Shown here in pieces: positions 55,701 to 64,000 of a stretch of DNA of 64,000 bases. The stretch's first letter is position 1; the number at the start of each line of letters is the position of its first letter. The notes under the pieces are model-generated. The model was not told where the DNA came from, made no database searches, and saw only the letters and a program-made list of their open reading frames with translations. The position numbers were made by a program, and so were the translations under genes. The DNA comes from Squalus acanthias (taxonomy: Eukaryota): positions 142,042,001 through 142,106,000 of the forward strand of contig CM059425.1 of NCBI GenBank assembly GCA_030390025.1, written 5' to 3'.

Positions 55701-58700
55701 TTCAGAATCTGATATGTTTCAATAAGATTCCCTCTCATTCTTCTAAACTCCAATGAATATAGGCCCAACCTGCTCAACCTTTCTTCATAAGACAACCCCT
55801 TCATCTCCTGAATCATCCTCGTGAACCTTCTGAACTGCCTCCAATGCAAGTATATCCTTCCTTAAATAAGGAGACCAAAACTGTAGGCAGTGCTCCAGGT
55901 GTGGTCTCACCAACGCCCTGTACAGTTGTAACAGGACTTCCCTACTTTTATACTCCATTCCCTTTGCAATAAAGGCCAACATTCCATTTGCCTTCCTAAT
56001 TACTTGCTGTACCTACATGCTAACTTTGTGATTCATGTGCAAGGACCCCCAGATCCCTCTGTACCTCAGCATTTTGTAATCTCTCCCCATTTAAATAATA
56101 ATTTGCTTTTTTATTTTTCCTACCAAAGTGGATAACCTCGCATTTTCCCACATTATACTCCATCTGCCAGATTTTTGCCCACTCACTTAACCTATCTACA
56201 GCCTTTTGGAGATTCGTTGCGTTCTCCACACAATTTGCTTTCCCACCTATCTTTGCATCATCAGCAAATTTGGCTACAGTACACTCAGTCCCTTCATCCA
56301 AGTCATTAATATAGATTGTAAATAGTTGAGGCCCCAGCACTGATCCCTGCGGCAGCCCACTAGTTACAGTTTGCCAACCTGAAAATGACCCATTTATGGT
56401 AAATAGGGAGGTGGCAAAGGCTTCAAACTAGTAAGATGGTGGGGGAGGGATTTACAAGAAATGAAACCAGCCTAAATATAAACAAAACAGGAAAGGAGAG
56501 CATAGCAAATAATAAAGTAAGGGAGGGCATTGATGGCCCGGGAATAAATAGAGTTATAGCACAGGAGTTTAAAAAGATGGTTAAAAATAAAGTGAAAGGA
56601 ACTGCTATTAAAAATGAGTTAATCTGTCTGTACAGCATTGCACAGTGTCCGTAATAAAACAGGGGAGCTGGAAGCAATCATGCGTTGCGAGGAACCAGAC
56701 ATGGTAGGGTTTACCGAGACATGGCTACAGAAAAATCAGGACTGGGAATTAAACATTGCAGGGTATAACATATTTAGAAAAAAGATAGAGAGGGAAAAGG
56801 GGGAGGTGGAGTAGCTGTACTTATTAGGGATAACATAATGGCAGTAGAAAAAAGTGGCCATCAGCAAGACAGAAATAGAATCCATGTGCATAGAGATAAA
56901 ACATAAAGGATCAAACAAACTAATAGGGCTAGTCTACAGGCCACCTAATAGTGGAAGGGAGGTGGAGGAAGAAATATGCAAACAAATTAGGGAAATGAGT
57001 AAAAAACATGGAATAATAATCATGGGGGACTTCAACTACCCCAATATTAATTGGACAGAAGAGGTAGGTAAAAGGGATAAGGGAATGGAGTTCCTACAAT
57101 GTGTACAGGACTCCTTTCTAACCCAATATGTGAAAAGCCCAACAAGGGAGGATTCGCTATTGGATCTAGTAATGGGGAATGAATCAGAGCAGATAAGGGA
57201 ACATCTAGGCAATAGTGACCATAATATAATACGCTTTAAGTTAAAAGTTGAGAAGGACATAAGTATGACAAAGACCAGGGTAATAGATTGGAGAAAAGCT
57301 GATTTTGAGGGGCTGAGAATAGAATTTGGGAAAATAACATGGACAACAATATTGGCAAACAATGACGTAGAATGACAATGGGAATTTAAAACTGTTCAAC
57401 AGAGTTCATAAAAAACAAAAACGAGCTAAATACTAATGAGACACCATGGATGAATAAAGCCATAAGGGAAAAATTGAGGGAAGGAATGAAGCATACATTA
57501 AGTACATGGCAAGCAGGGGAGAGCATGATAAGGGAGAATACAAAGAAATTAGGAGAGAAGTCAAAAAAACAATTAGGAAGGCAAAGAGGAACTATGAAAT
57601 TAAATTATCAAGGAACATAAAAGAAAATAGTAAAATATTTTACAGCTACAGAAGTAAAAAAAAAAGGAAGGTCAGGATGGGAATAGGACCACTAAGGGAT
57701 GGACAGAGTAATACCACAGGCAGTGATAGAGAGATGGCAGAAATATTAAATAATTACTTTGCTTCAGTATTTACCAGGGAGATCAAACAGGTGGACATAG
57801 CATCAGATGATGAGATTAGTAATGAGATGACTTAATTTAAAATAAAAAGGAGATATATTAAATAAACTAATCAAACTCAGGATAAAACCCCTGGTCCGTA
57901 CGGAATGCATCCGCGTATTTTAAAAGAATCTAGGGAAGAGATAGCAGAGGCATTACTACACATATTTAATAATTCGTTAGAACAAGGTATAGTGCCAGAG
58001 GACTGGCGGATAGCTAACGTAATAAATATATTTTTAAAAAGAGAGAACATGTCCAGGGAACTATAGACCTGTCAGCTTAACATCGGTGGTAGGAAAAATA
58101 ATGGAATCCCTACTAAAAGGAGAAAATAGAAGAACATCTAGAAACCAAAAATATAATAATGAATAGTCAGCATGGATTTCAAAAGGGAAAGTCTTGCTTG
58201 ACCAACCTCACTGAATTCTTTGAAGAGGTAACAGAGAGAGTAGACAAGAGTAATGGAGTAGATGTAATTGATCTAGATTTTCAAAAGGCCTTCGATAAGG
58301 TACCGCATAATAAACTAATGAATAATGTCAGAAATGCAGAGTCAGGGGACAAGTAGCAGAATGGAGAGCTGGCTGGATGAAAGATAGAAAGCAGAGAGTA
58401 GGGGTAAAGGGTAGCGATTCAGAGTGGCAGAAGGGGGGGGGGGAAGTGGTGTTCCACAAGGATCAGTGCTGGGACCACTGTTGTTCACGATTTATATTAA
58501 CGATTTAGACTTTGGAATCAAAAACACAATTTCGAAATTTGCAGATCACACCAATTTTTTTGGGGGGGGTTAGTTAATACTGAGGAGAACTGCAATAAAT
58601 TACAGGAAGACATTAATAAACTTGTAGAATGGACATATAATTAGCAAATGAATTTCAACACAGATAAATGTGAGGTATTACATTTTGGTAAGAAGAATAG

Positions 58701-61700
58701 GGAGATCACTTATTACTTGGAGGGTGAGAGTCTGGGTCGGGTAGAGGAGCAAAGGGATCTCGGAATACAAATATAAAAATCACTAAAAGTAACGACACAG
58801 GTTAACAAGGCCATAAAAAAAGCAAACCAAGGACTAGGGTTTATTTCTAGAGGGATAGAATTGAAAAGTAGTGAAGTTATGCTAAACTTGCATCGAACCT
58901 TGGTTAGACCACACTTGGAGTACTGCATAAAATTCTGGTCGCCATATTATAAAAAGGATATAGAGGCACTGTAGAGGGTGCAGAGAAGATTTACAAGAAT
59001 GACACCAGAAATGCGAGGATATACCTATCAGGAAAGGATGAACAGGCTGGGTCTCTCTTCTCTTGAAAAGGGAAGCCTGAGGGGTGACCTAATAGAGGTC
59101 TTTAAAATTATGAAGGGTTTTGATAAAGTGGATAGAGAGAGAATGTTTCCACTTGTGGGGAAGAACAAAACTAGAGGCCATCAATATAAGATAGTCACCA
59201 AAAAATCAAATAGGGAATTCAGAAGAAACTTCTTTACCCAAAGAGTGGTGAAATTGTGGAACTTGCTACCACAGGGAGTGGTTGAAGCGAATAGTATAGA
59301 TGCATTTAAGGGGCGGTTAGATAAGCATATGAGGGAGAAGGGAATAGAGGGTTATGCTGATAGTTAGATGAGGAAAGACAGGAGGAGGCTCTAGTGGAGC
59401 ATAAACAACGGCATGGGCTGGTTGGGTCAAATGGCCTGTTTCTGTGCTGTATATCCTATGGAGTAAGTTTTTATTTAGCCTCTATTGAGTGATTACAGTT
59501 CACAAAACTTTTTTTGTATAGTTTGTTGTGTATATTAGTTTATATTACACATTTGTACATTTACATTTATTGTGTCGCTTTAGTCACACAATTGTGATAC
59601 TGACTGTGAGCCCCGAGTGCTTTATTTGCTATGAGGAGTGTCCAGGATAGCGGTGAAGAGCTACTGATAACTTGTCTGTACAGTTTTCTTGTCACCAATA
59701 CAAAGCTGGGTGGGAATGTAAGTTGTGAGGAAGATGCAAGGAGGCTTCAAGGGGACAGGCTAAGTGAGTGGGCAACAACATGGCAAATGGAATATAATGT
59801 GAAGAAATGTGAAGTTATCCACTTCGGTAGAAAAAAATAGAAAAGCAGAGTATTTTTTAAATGGAGAGAGATTGGAAAATGTTGGTGTTCAGAGGGACCT
59901 GGATGCCCTTGTACACGAGTCACTGAAAGTTAACATGCAGGTACAGCAAGCAATTTGGAAAGCAAATGGTATGTTGGCCTTTATTACAAGAGGATTTGAG
60001 TACAAGAGTAAAGATGTCTTACTGCAATTATATAGGGCCCTGGTGAGACCACACCTGGAGTATTGTGTAGTTTTGGTCTCCTTACCCAAGGAAGGATATA
60101 GTTGCCATAGAAGGAGTGCAACGAAGGTTCACCAGACTGGTTCCTGGGATGGGTGGGGGAGGGGGGGAATTGTCCTATGAGGAGAGATTGAGTAGACTAG
60201 GCCTATATTCTCTAGAGTTTAGAAGAATGAGAGGTGATCTCATTGAAACATACAAAATTCTTACAGGGCTCGACAGGGTGGATGCAGGGAGAATGTTTCC
60301 CCTGGCTGGGAAGTCTAGAACCAGGGGTCACAGTCTCAGAATAAGGGGTCAGCCATTTAGGACTGAGATGAGGAGAAATTTCTTCACTCAGAGGGTGGTG
60401 AATCTTTGGAATTCTCTACCCCAGAGGGCTGTGGAGGCTCAGTCGTGGAGTATATTCAAGACAGAGATCGATAGATTTTTGGATATTAAGGGAATCAAGG
60501 GATATGGGGATAGTGCAGGAAAATGGAGATGAGGTAGAAGATCAGCCATAATCTTATTGAATGGCGGAGCAGGCTCGAAGGGCCAAATGGCCTACTCCTG
60601 CTCCTATTTCTTATGTTCTTGACGAGAGTTAGTTATGGATGTGCCCAGCCCCTGACCCACTGCCAGCAAACAAACGTGGGAGCAAGAACAGCAGAGTCTG
60701 ATTCACATTGACTGCAGGCAGATAAAGGGGGGTTCATGTGAAAGATCGAAGAGGAAACCCAGCATGGGCTTCAAGAGCAGGAGGAGATGGAGCTGAACAG
60801 GGAGATAGTGGGCAGGGGAAAGAACAAGTCCAAGCACCGTTTTTTGCAGGATTTTCTTTTAATGCTCGCCATTTATATGGGAAATTTAATCCGGTCAAAA
60901 ACTGTGTTTAATCATAAGGATTAAATGTAAATTGCAGGATTCAAGTGTTGGCAATTCTTGGCTTCCAACTGCTGCTCACCAGTGACTAATGCATTCCCCA
61001 CAACCTTCTCAGTGCTCACCCATTTCAAACTAACTTCTGATTTTAGTGAGGAATAAATGTGGATTTTTCTTTTTAAAACAAGTAATTTACCACAAGTTTG
61101 CATTTCAAATTCTTAGCTGCAAATTCACAGGCCACCTAGATTATTCTCTTTTTTAAAAAAAACAACAGTTGAACAAAAAAGGTCACGAGCAAATATGCAG
61201 GTCTCCTTAACTAGAGAATAAGGAAGATATTGGACAGCTCACACATATGTGGTAAAAGACATGGACAACTTGTGTGGTATAAAACCTGAAGAGAAACTTG
61301 TATGTTTTTTGTTAATTTAGTATAAGACTACAAGGAGCATCACAGAATGCATCCAGCAGTCATCATTAGCCCTTCAAGTTTGTTCAAAGAGTCTGCAGCA
61401 AAGGAGGTTGTTTATTGGCTAGTAGGATTTGACTTTGGTTTGGAAATGAGTTTGCTTCTATTTTGTTTAGATAATGGCCCGTATTTTCCGATCTGGAAAA
61501 AAATCTACGGACTTACCTGAGGGCTCCTGAGGTGCGTATACTTCCGTTACTGAGCCTTTCCAAACTCGAAATGCGCAGGGCCCACGTATCCCAGAGGCGC
61601 ATGCAGTTCGCAAGTGTCCCTGCGATCACGTGGGCCATGGGGAGCCAATAGGAGAAGGGAATCTCCCTTCAAACACTTGACAGATAGGCCTGTCAAATAT

Positions 61701-63224
61701 ATGAATGGAGATCACCCCAAAAACACTAAAACATTAAATACATTTTTTAAAAACCATCACATTTTTTAAATGAGTTGGAATTACAATAACATTTAAACAA
61801 AAATTTAATTTTTTGAAAAAAAGAATTAAAGTTATTTACTGGGCTAAAAATAAACTTACCTTTTTTTTTAAAAAAAAAAGTATTTTTAAATGATAAATGA
61901 GTGAAATTTTTTTTTTTTTACTTTTTTCAACTCTTAAAGCAGGCCTTACAAATTTCTAAGGGTTTTCTGCGGGCGCAGGTTCTCCAGAAAGCGGAACTAT
62001 CCGCCCGCAGAGGCCCTTCTCTAGGGCAGGCGACGGATCTGTCAAGAGCATTCTTGACAGATCGGAAATGCCAGTTTTCAAGCGCATGCGCTGTACATGC
62101 CTGAAACCGGCATTTCCGATGTCCCTACGGGTGTGTACACAGCTCGTATACACCCGTAGGCATCGGAATATATGGCCCAATGTTTGTGCAAGTTATTTTC
62201 TCTCTATATAACATGAACAGGTGTTTGTGTACTCAAACTTCAGAATGCTTGGGCCAGATGAGGCACCCGCTACTAATCAAGCTGGTTCACTGATGAGGTG
62301 AGTGAGCACACAGCGGCTTGAGTTTTAAAACAGCCAAAGGCTCACAGTAAAGTAATTCTGATCAGGTCAGCACACATACTGTACACGAATCACTTCTATG
62401 CAGGAGATAACCAGCATTAATCAGATGCTGTTTTAGAGTACATATAAAATGATTTACCTGATAACATTGGTCCTTTAACCACTTCCTTTTTGTTTGGAGT
62501 TTCAGGTTCTGCGTACAAATTTTTTTTAGGTGTTTTTCTGTTACTTGCTACTGCTTTGGGCAAACTGACCGAACTACCAGATTCTGCAGAGTTCTTACAA
62601 TTTACTGCACCCTGCTCAGATACTTTGGACTTTTCCATTCCGTTTGCTTTTTCTGCAACACATAAAAGTGTTTTTTCTAGGAATGCCTCACATTCATCTC
62701 TGTTGCTCTCAATTGCAGCACATTTTTTTCCTGATTTTCTATGTCCTAATTTTGTTTTTTGTTTGGGAGTCAAAGATAGTTTAGAGGCGGATGAAGGTTC
62801 ATTTTGTAATTCTTCCTGCTCTTCCTCTGCATTATTCTTCAAGAGATGTAAAGCAGACCTTTTGCCAACTTCTTCTGGTTTAGTTAGTTTGTTCAGTTTG
62901 GAAGCTTTTTTGCCCTCTAGCTGTTTAGGAAGGGACAAGGGCTCACTTAGTAATCTCTCTAGTTTTTCATCTGTGGCAGCAACTTCTTTTCTTGCTGTTT
63001 TCTGGTGGTTTTCTTTCTTTTTTACTTCCTTTATGTTCGAGACAGATTTCTTTTCTTGCTCATCTGGTTTCTGGCTTAATACTTGGGTCTTCCTCGGTAT
63101 AGTAATCCGTGACTCAAAACTGAAGTTCTCCTCTTCCATCAATTCAAACGCAAAGTCATTACACTTGGGTGCTGAAATACTAGGCACAACTTGGGCTGGT
63201 GGCGGCAATGCAGAAACAGCTGGT
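1585..63224 (-). CDS. CENPC: Centromere protein C, multi-exon gene, partial at both ends (about 1200 codons in window)
   Basis: Motifs occur in the expected order on the minus strand: [12 protein letters not shown]-binding motif, central motif [17 protein letters not shown]-motif-like exon, cupin-domain exon. The ten exons have GT-AG ends and compatible phases, total 3601 nt and give one open frame. Confidence 0.92.
2200..3080 (+). mobile_element. Old degenerate CR1 fragment
   Basis: Remnant DFQN.F.K.P and FADD motifs and a CR1-like 3' end. Confidence 0.65.
4416..5307. mobile_element. Harbinger/PIF-type MITE, family 1
   Basis: TIR GGGGGAGAAATTCAGT / ACTGAATTTTTCCCCC, 3-bp TSD ATA, GC-rich; second copy near 12120-12910. 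Confidence 0.8.
7035..7455 (+). mobile_element. Harbinger DDE transposase 3' fragment (HARBI1-like), decayed
   Basis: [20 protein letters not shown]...[15 protein letters not shown] motifs. Confidence 0.9.
7600..9560 (-). mobile_element. Harbinger Myb/SANT-like partner gene, spliced and frameshifted
   Basis: APRFSD..EALVEE..RREVL, WEQIA and [13 protein letters not shown] motifs; convergent with the transposase. Confidence 0.85.
9690..12115 (+). mobile_element. LINE ORF2 (endonuclease C-terminal part plus RT), CR1/L2-group lineage distinct from the other CR1 copies
   Basis: [47 protein letters not shown]; stops and frameshifts. Confidence 0.9.
12120..12910. mobile_element. MITE family 1, second copy with left TIR truncated
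   Basis: Colinear with 4435-5307 and ends in ATCTCCCCCCC-ATA. Confidence 0.75.
13290..13858 (+). mobile_element. L2 LINE 3' fragment
   Basis: SKLDYSN-like motif and ggtgctatataaatgca tail; homologous to the 38500-39200 element. Confidence 0.75.
14267..14326 (-). CDS. CENPC: Candidate CENP-C exon ([20 protein letters not shown])
   Basis: Resembles GGFVISGVLSP, which follows the CENP-C motif; donor CAG|gtataa; the acceptor is an unusual GAG; phase 1 to 1. Confidence 0.5.
14590..14747 (+). pseudogene. H3: Histone H3 3' fragment with histone stem-loop and HDE
   Basis: [30 protein letters not shown] (14593-14685), GGCTCTTTTAAGAGCC (14707-14722) followed by ACCA, and AGAGCTG (14741-14747). Confidence 0.92.
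15982..17540 (-). mobile_element. CR1 3' fragment with internal deletions, interrupted by a MITE
   Basis: WQMNFN..KCEVVHF and [10 protein letters not shown] motifs. Confidence 0.85.
16496..17223. mobile_element. MITE family 3 (TIR GGGCTGGAT), copy 1, with long internal palindrome
   Basis: GGGCTGGAT...ATCCAGCCC termini; near-identical to 52922-53530. Confidence 0.85.
18083..18184 (-). CDS. CENPC: CENP-C motif exon, degenerate ([34 protein letters not shown])
   Basis: Acceptor ttttgtcaatag, donor CAG|gtatgg, phase 1 to 1; aligns without gaps to RRTKRTRLKPLEYWRGERIDY. Confidence 0.88.
18750..20730 (+). mobile_element. CR1 ORF2 3' portion, apparently a chimera of two subfamilies
   Basis: RT motifs, RPHLEYC and a CR1 tail; the DFQKAF.KVPH block is repeated near 19545-19650. 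Confidence 0.88.
20740..21150 (-). repeat. SINE-like repeat
   Basis: Homologous to 25530-25920 and 31220-31780; tRNA-like head remnant at the right end. Confidence 0.55.
21214..21288 (-). CDS. CENPC: CENP-C exon ([25 protein letters not shown])
   Basis: Strong acceptor ttttttctccttccag, donor CAG|gtttaa, phase 1 to 1, 75 nt. Confidence 0.72.
21596..23153. mobile_element. Harbinger-type MITE split by a CR1 5' segment
   Basis: Imperfect TIR GGGGGAATTTTAAC / GTTAAAATCCTGCCC with ATT on both flanks. Confidence 0.6.
21720..22880 (+). mobile_element. CR1 5'UTR plus ORF1 (zinc-finger remnant and SGNH esterase), decayed
   Basis: [32 protein letters not shown] and GLLPEP motifs. Confidence 0.85.
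23993..24093 (-). CDS. CENPC: CENP-C exon ([19 protein letters not shown]...EEMM)
   Basis: Acceptor ttttatttttag, donor G|gtatga, phase 2 to 1, 101 nt. Confidence 0.85.
24337..25492 (-). CDS. CENPC: CENP-C large exon with central CENP-A nucleosome-binding motif ([17 protein letters not shown])
   Basis: Acceptor tttttatttcag, donor GT|gtaagt, phase 1 to 2, 1156 nt open; motif comparable to human RRISRRPSDWWVV. Confidence 0.92.
24487..24660 (-). repeat. Coding tandem repeat, 2 x 87 bp (29 aa)
   Basis: tttctggggctcattacaacc at 24487 and 24574; KPADxL...VSS...VVMSPR twice. Confidence 0.9.
25530..25920 (-). repeat. SINE with L2-like tail
   Basis: cttgcctttatatagc tail and homology to the other SINE copies. 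Confidence 0.6.
25922..28025 (-). mobile_element. CR1 ORF2 3' portion, interrupted by a MITE
   Basis: [24 protein letters not shown] and FFTQRVV motifs. Confidence 0.9.
26731..27469. mobile_element. MITE family 2 (TIR GGGCCAGAAATTC), copy 1
   Basis: Perfect 13-bp TIR, flanks AAT/ATT, inserted in CR1; AT-rich core. Confidence 0.88.
28163..28871. mobile_element. Harbinger-type MITE, family 4
   Basis: Imperfect TIR GGCCTGTAATTTGTGGT / ACCGCAAAATCCAGGCT, flanks ATT/AAT. Confidence 0.6.
31456..31625. repeat. Fold-back palindromic repeat inserted in a SINE
   Basis: aaataaaaacagaaaatgctggaaatac ... gtatttccagcattttctgtttttattt. Confidence 0.75.
33138..33922 (-). CDS. CENPC: CENP-C exon, CCAN-binding module copy B (PAVSALPQP...[23 protein letters not shown]...)
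   Basis: Acceptor cttcacag, donor CAG|gtaact, phase 2 to 1, 785 nt open; motif resembles human EDEFIIDE..SWITIPRK. Confidence 0.9.
35410..36910 (+). mobile_element. CR1 ORF2 3' portion, decayed
   Basis: RT motifs and a CR1 3' end. Confidence 0.88.
38145..38318 (-). CDS. CENPC: CENP-C exon ([12 protein letters not shown]...[12 protein letters not shown])
   Basis: Acceptor ctctgttgcag, donor AA|gtaagt, phase 2 to 2, 174 nt open; joins in frame to 33922. Confidence 0.8.
38490..40450 (-). mobile_element. L2 LINE RT and 3' end
   Basis: [47 protein letters not shown]; ggcgctatataaat tail. Confidence 0.9.
40520..41090 (-). mobile_element. CR1 3' fragment
   Basis: [14 protein letters not shown] motif and ttctatga tail. 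Confidence 0.85.
42009..42743. mobile_element. MITE family 2, copy 2
   Basis: TIR GGGCCAGAAATTC / GAATTTCTGCCCC, exact TSD ATT. Confidence 0.88.
42933..45915 (-). mobile_element. Long CR1 (ORF1 esterase, endonuclease, RT, tail) with internal deletions
   Basis: [31 protein letters not shown] and RT motifs. Confidence 0.9.
46080..46236 (-). CDS. Candidate additional or alternative CENP-C exon ([21 protein letters not shown]...ELLRQLLW)
   Basis: Good acceptor ttttctgcttcag and open frame; donor uncertain (GG|gtacag, phase 1 to 2); cannot directly follow exon 51623-51827 in frame. Confidence 0.45.
47837..47963. mobile_element. 127-bp hAT-type MITE
   Basis: TIR CAATGTTCCCTTTAA / TTAAAGGGAACATTG with exact 8-bp TSD GTTGTAAC (47829-47836 and 47964-47971). 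Confidence 0.9.
48828..50268 (+). mobile_element. CR1 ORF2 3' half, young subfamily
   Basis: Long open RT stretches ([24 protein letters not shown]); close to 59695-60620. Confidence 0.92.
50910..51330 (+). mobile_element. L2 3' fragment
   Basis: LADLHWLPI and PKLW motifs; gctatataaatacaagttgttgtt tail. Confidence 0.8.
51623..51827 (-). CDS. CENPC: CENP-C exon ([13 protein letters not shown]...LPQRINSK)
   Basis: Acceptor ttctttcattacag, donor GG|gtacga (modest), phase 1 to 2, non-repeat open frame that fits the preceding exon. Confidence 0.65.
52922..53530. mobile_element. MITE family 3, copy 2
   Basis: TIR GGGCTGGATTTT / AAAATCCAGCCC, TSD AAA. Confidence 0.88.
53701..54398 (+). mobile_element. 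CR1 3' fragment of a different subfamily nested in the nested CR1
   Basis: Has its own (TTTCTATG)2 tail; the host resumes at 54399 with the same RT segment. Confidence 0.85.
55346..56397 (-). mobile_element. Nested antisense CR1 3' fragment
   Basis: aagaacat-repeat tail at the left end; AKFADD and RPHLEHC motifs. Confidence 0.9.
59695..60620 (+). mobile_element. CR1 3' fragment, young subfamily
   Basis: Highly similar to 49355-50268. Confidence 0.9.
61476..62178. mobile_element. MITE family 2, divergent copy 3
   Basis: Imperfect TIR GGCCCGTATTTTCCG / CGGAATATATGGCCC, TSD AAT; shares GATCACGTGGGCCATGG and the AT-rich core. Confidence 0.78.
62458..63224 (-). CDS. CENPC: CENP-C exon, CCAN-binding module copy A (PAVSALPPP...[20 protein letters not shown]...)
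   Basis: Acceptor ttcctttcacag, donor CAG|gtaaat, phase 2 to 1, 767 nt open; paralogous to exon 33138-33922. Confidence 0.88.
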
Positions 63225-63656
63225 CTGTGAAAGGAATGTAATAAACAGTATTAAATTAGAGACTGCAACCTAGTCCTCTTTAAATGCTCATCTCACTGCC
63301 TCAAAAAAATCCATGCTTTTTTATCTGTCCACTAAACTCACCAGTGTCTTTCTTGTTACAGATCATGTGCAGAAAGACTACGAAGGCTTGAATTGCTGGT
63401 TTTATTTTACTTAATTTTCAGGCACTAGTTTTTGATTAAAAGATCAAACAGCTTTGTTCCAGTCATTGAATTAGCATTAGGGTTCTTTCATAAGGTAACG
63501 AAGGGCATTTGCCATGAAAGGCATTTATTCCAGGGTCCAGTTTATGTGTGAAACAATCATGTACAATGTTCTCAATCAGAGGATACATCACCACTCTGGG
63601 TCAACTGTTTCTCCACTGTCAATTATATATTTGAATGGAATGGTCACAAAAATTAA

Positions 63657-64000
63657 GGCCGGAATTTTCCAGGGAGGTAGCGGGCGTGATCGGTGGCGGG
63701 TCGGGTGGGAAAGTTGTTATTTTTGACAGCGGGTCGGGAACCCACCGTCATCCCGCCCCCACACGCCTTTCCCCCAGGCATGTGTCATCACGGAGCCGAC
63801 CTGACCGGCAGCGGCAGGGGACCCAATTGAGATGATTAACAGCTAGTTTACAGGCACTTAAGAGCCATATTTCACTTACTTTTTAAATTTCCCTGCATGG
63901 CCACCGGATTCAGGCAGCTCGGGAAGCACGTCTGTCAACCTGAGGTGAGAGTTCTGTGGCCATTGCTCCAGCTGATTACTTGACAGCATCAAATGTACAG
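63657..64000. mobile_element. Start of a GC-rich MITE-like element, cut by the window end
   Basis: AGGCCGGAATTTTCC terminus and CpG-rich arm like the other MITEs; the second TIR is not visible. Confidence 0.45.

Larger units (their letters stand above)
52140..59460 (+). mobile_element. Near full-length CR1 (ORF1 esterase, endonuclease, RT, tail) hosting nested insertions
   Basis: ORF1 at 52170-52367 resumes at 55078-55345 and 56398; VYRPPN, MGDFNYP and SDHN endonuclease motifs; RT through 59367. Confidence 0.88.

Noticed and set aside
49355-60620. Near-identical CR1 copies as a trace of the exon duplication
   Set aside because: Their flanks differ and the duplicated exons are far more diverged; independent young insertions explain it
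62490-63230. 246-aa plus-strand ORF, and similar ones at 33573-33928 and 24278-25017
   Set aside because: Antisense shadows of K/E/S-rich CENP-C exons; F/S/L-rich with no motifs
1-64000. Prokaryotic systems (CRISPR, retron, operons), rRNA or intact tRNA genes
   Set aside because: The sequence is a spliced vertebrate gene; no repeat-spacer array or intact structural RNA gene was seen, and all RTs are LINE-type

Overview
Eukaryotic, repeat-dense vertebrate DNA; the mix of CR1/L2 LINEs and GC-ended Harbinger-type MITEs suggests a cartilaginous fish (inference). The window lies inside one large minus-strand gene that I identify as the inner-kinetochore protein CENP-C. I reconstructed ten phase-compatible exons by eye (63224 down to 1585, about 1200 codons; the start and the last cupin exons lie outside the window), and several are missing from the ORF track. 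Two features of the gene stand out. First, the large exon carrying the acidic-EF..SWITIP[RK]K CCAN-binding motif is present twice, about 29 kb apart, and one copy has W>R. Second, the hallmark CENP-C motif has lost its invariant YW (now HL) while the central CENP-A-binding motif (R..WWVV) is intact. The introns hold many CR1 fragments including a multi-level nest, an L2 element, a second LINE lineage, a decayed two-gene Harbinger transposon, several MITE families with TSDs and internal hairpins, and a histone H3 3' fragment with its stem-loop and downstream element. Coordinates were read manually; repeat boundaries are approximate.
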